Below are positions 36,237 to 36,875 of a stretch of DNA of 36,875 nucleotides, piece by piece. Where the stretch lies: the NCBI GenBank assembly GCA_964519225.1, contig CAZFJK010000008.1, forward strand, positions 1 to 36,875, read 5' to 3'. Positions within the stretch are counted from its first letter, which is position 1; each line of letters opens with the position of its first letter. Under the pieces are notes generated by a model that saw only the letters and a list, made by a program, of their open reading frames with translations, ran no database searches and had not been told where the DNA came from. A program made the translations under genes and the position numbers. The stretch comes from an uncultured Methanosarcinales archaeon. Its GTDB lineage: Archaea > Nanobdellota > Nanobdellia > Woesearchaeales > B54-G15.

Positions 36237-36875
36237 ATGGCTTTGAAGAAAGGTGATTTTATAGAACTTGAATACACTGGAAAGATAAAGGACGGCGAAG
36301 TATTTGATACCACCGATGAAAAGATTGCAAAGGAAGCAGGCATCTATAAAGAAGGATTTTCTTATGGACCTGTTATAATTTGTCTTGGCGAAGGACATAT
36401 ATTAGAAAGCATTGATGAGGCTTTGATTGGAAAAGAAATCGGTGAGTATAAAATAGAATTACCTCCTGAAAAAGCATTTGGCAAAAGAGATGCCAGATTA
36501 TTGAAACTTGTTCCCATTTCTGCTTTCAAGGAGCACAAGATCGAGCCTGTTCCTGGAATGCAGGTTATTGTTGATGGTGTTTTGGCGACGATTAAAACAG
36601 TAAGCGGTGGCAGGTGCTTAGTTGATTTTAATCATCCTCTAGCTGGGAGGTTTGTTGAGTATGATGTGAAAATTTTAAGGAAGATCGAAGATGTTGAGGA
36701 AAAGATTAAAGGATTGTTAAAATTATATAAAATCGATGCTGAAGTTCACAAAAAAGATGAAAAATATGAAATAAAATTAAAGACTAAACCAAAAGAATTC
36801 TCATCAGAAGCGAAGGATAAAATAAAAAGTGAAATAAAACGATTGATTGGAGTTGAAGCTACTTTTCAAGAATAA
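36237..36875 (+). CDS. slyD: FKBP-type peptidyl-prolyl isomerase (SlyD-like, long archaeal form)
   Basis: GDFI.LEYTG, FDTT, PEKAFGKRD, VDFNHPLAG. Confidence 0.93.
   Translation: MALKKGDFIELEYTGKIKDGEVFDTTDEKIAKEAGIYKEGFSYGPVIICLGEGHILESIDEALIGKEIGEYKIELPPEKAFGKRDARLLKLVPISAFKEHKIEPVPGMQVIVDGVLATIKTVSGGRCLVDFNHPLAGRFVEYDVKILRKIEDVEEKIKGLLKLYKIDAEVHKKDEKYEIKLKTKPKEFSSEAKDKIKSEIKRLIGVEATFQE

Noticed and set aside
1..36875. CRISPR arrays, rRNA, transposases, integrases, stop-codon reassignment
   Set aside because: No regularly spaced repeats or such motifs were seen; conserved genes are full length and end in TAA, TAG or TGA under the standard code.

Overview
A 36.9 kb, AT-rich, gene-dense archaeal chromosome segment with two 100-N scaffold gaps. 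It is most likely from a DPANN archaeon (Woesearchaeota/Pacearchaeota-like; inferred from gene content). The left third is core information processing: aIF2-gamma, a dicistronic tRNA-Asp/tRNA-Lys pair, the rpoH-B''-B'-A'-A'' operon, L30e, NusA, S12 and S7. Both tRNAs carry a bulge-helix-bulge intron at the non-canonical T-loop site 59/60, and rpoA'' carries a 478-aa LAGLIDADG intein. The rest mixes housekeeping genes (pyrE, sppA, aIF-1A, S8e, Sm/Lsm, L37e, class II LysRS, Nop2/RsmB, cmk, FKBP, tRNA-Val, tRNA-Leu) with unusual ones. The unusual genes are: an AsnB-Dph6 fusion translationally coupled to a PrmC-kinase fusion; an N-terminally shortened Dph2; a PolB-like protein with an intact proofreading exonuclease but no polymerase catalytic motifs; a bacterial-type lipoprotein signal peptidase; a very basic tandem-repeat protein that may be a nucleoid protein; and two small gene relics. 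No CRISPR array, rRNA or transposase was seen. All calls come from motif recognition by eye; no database searches were run.
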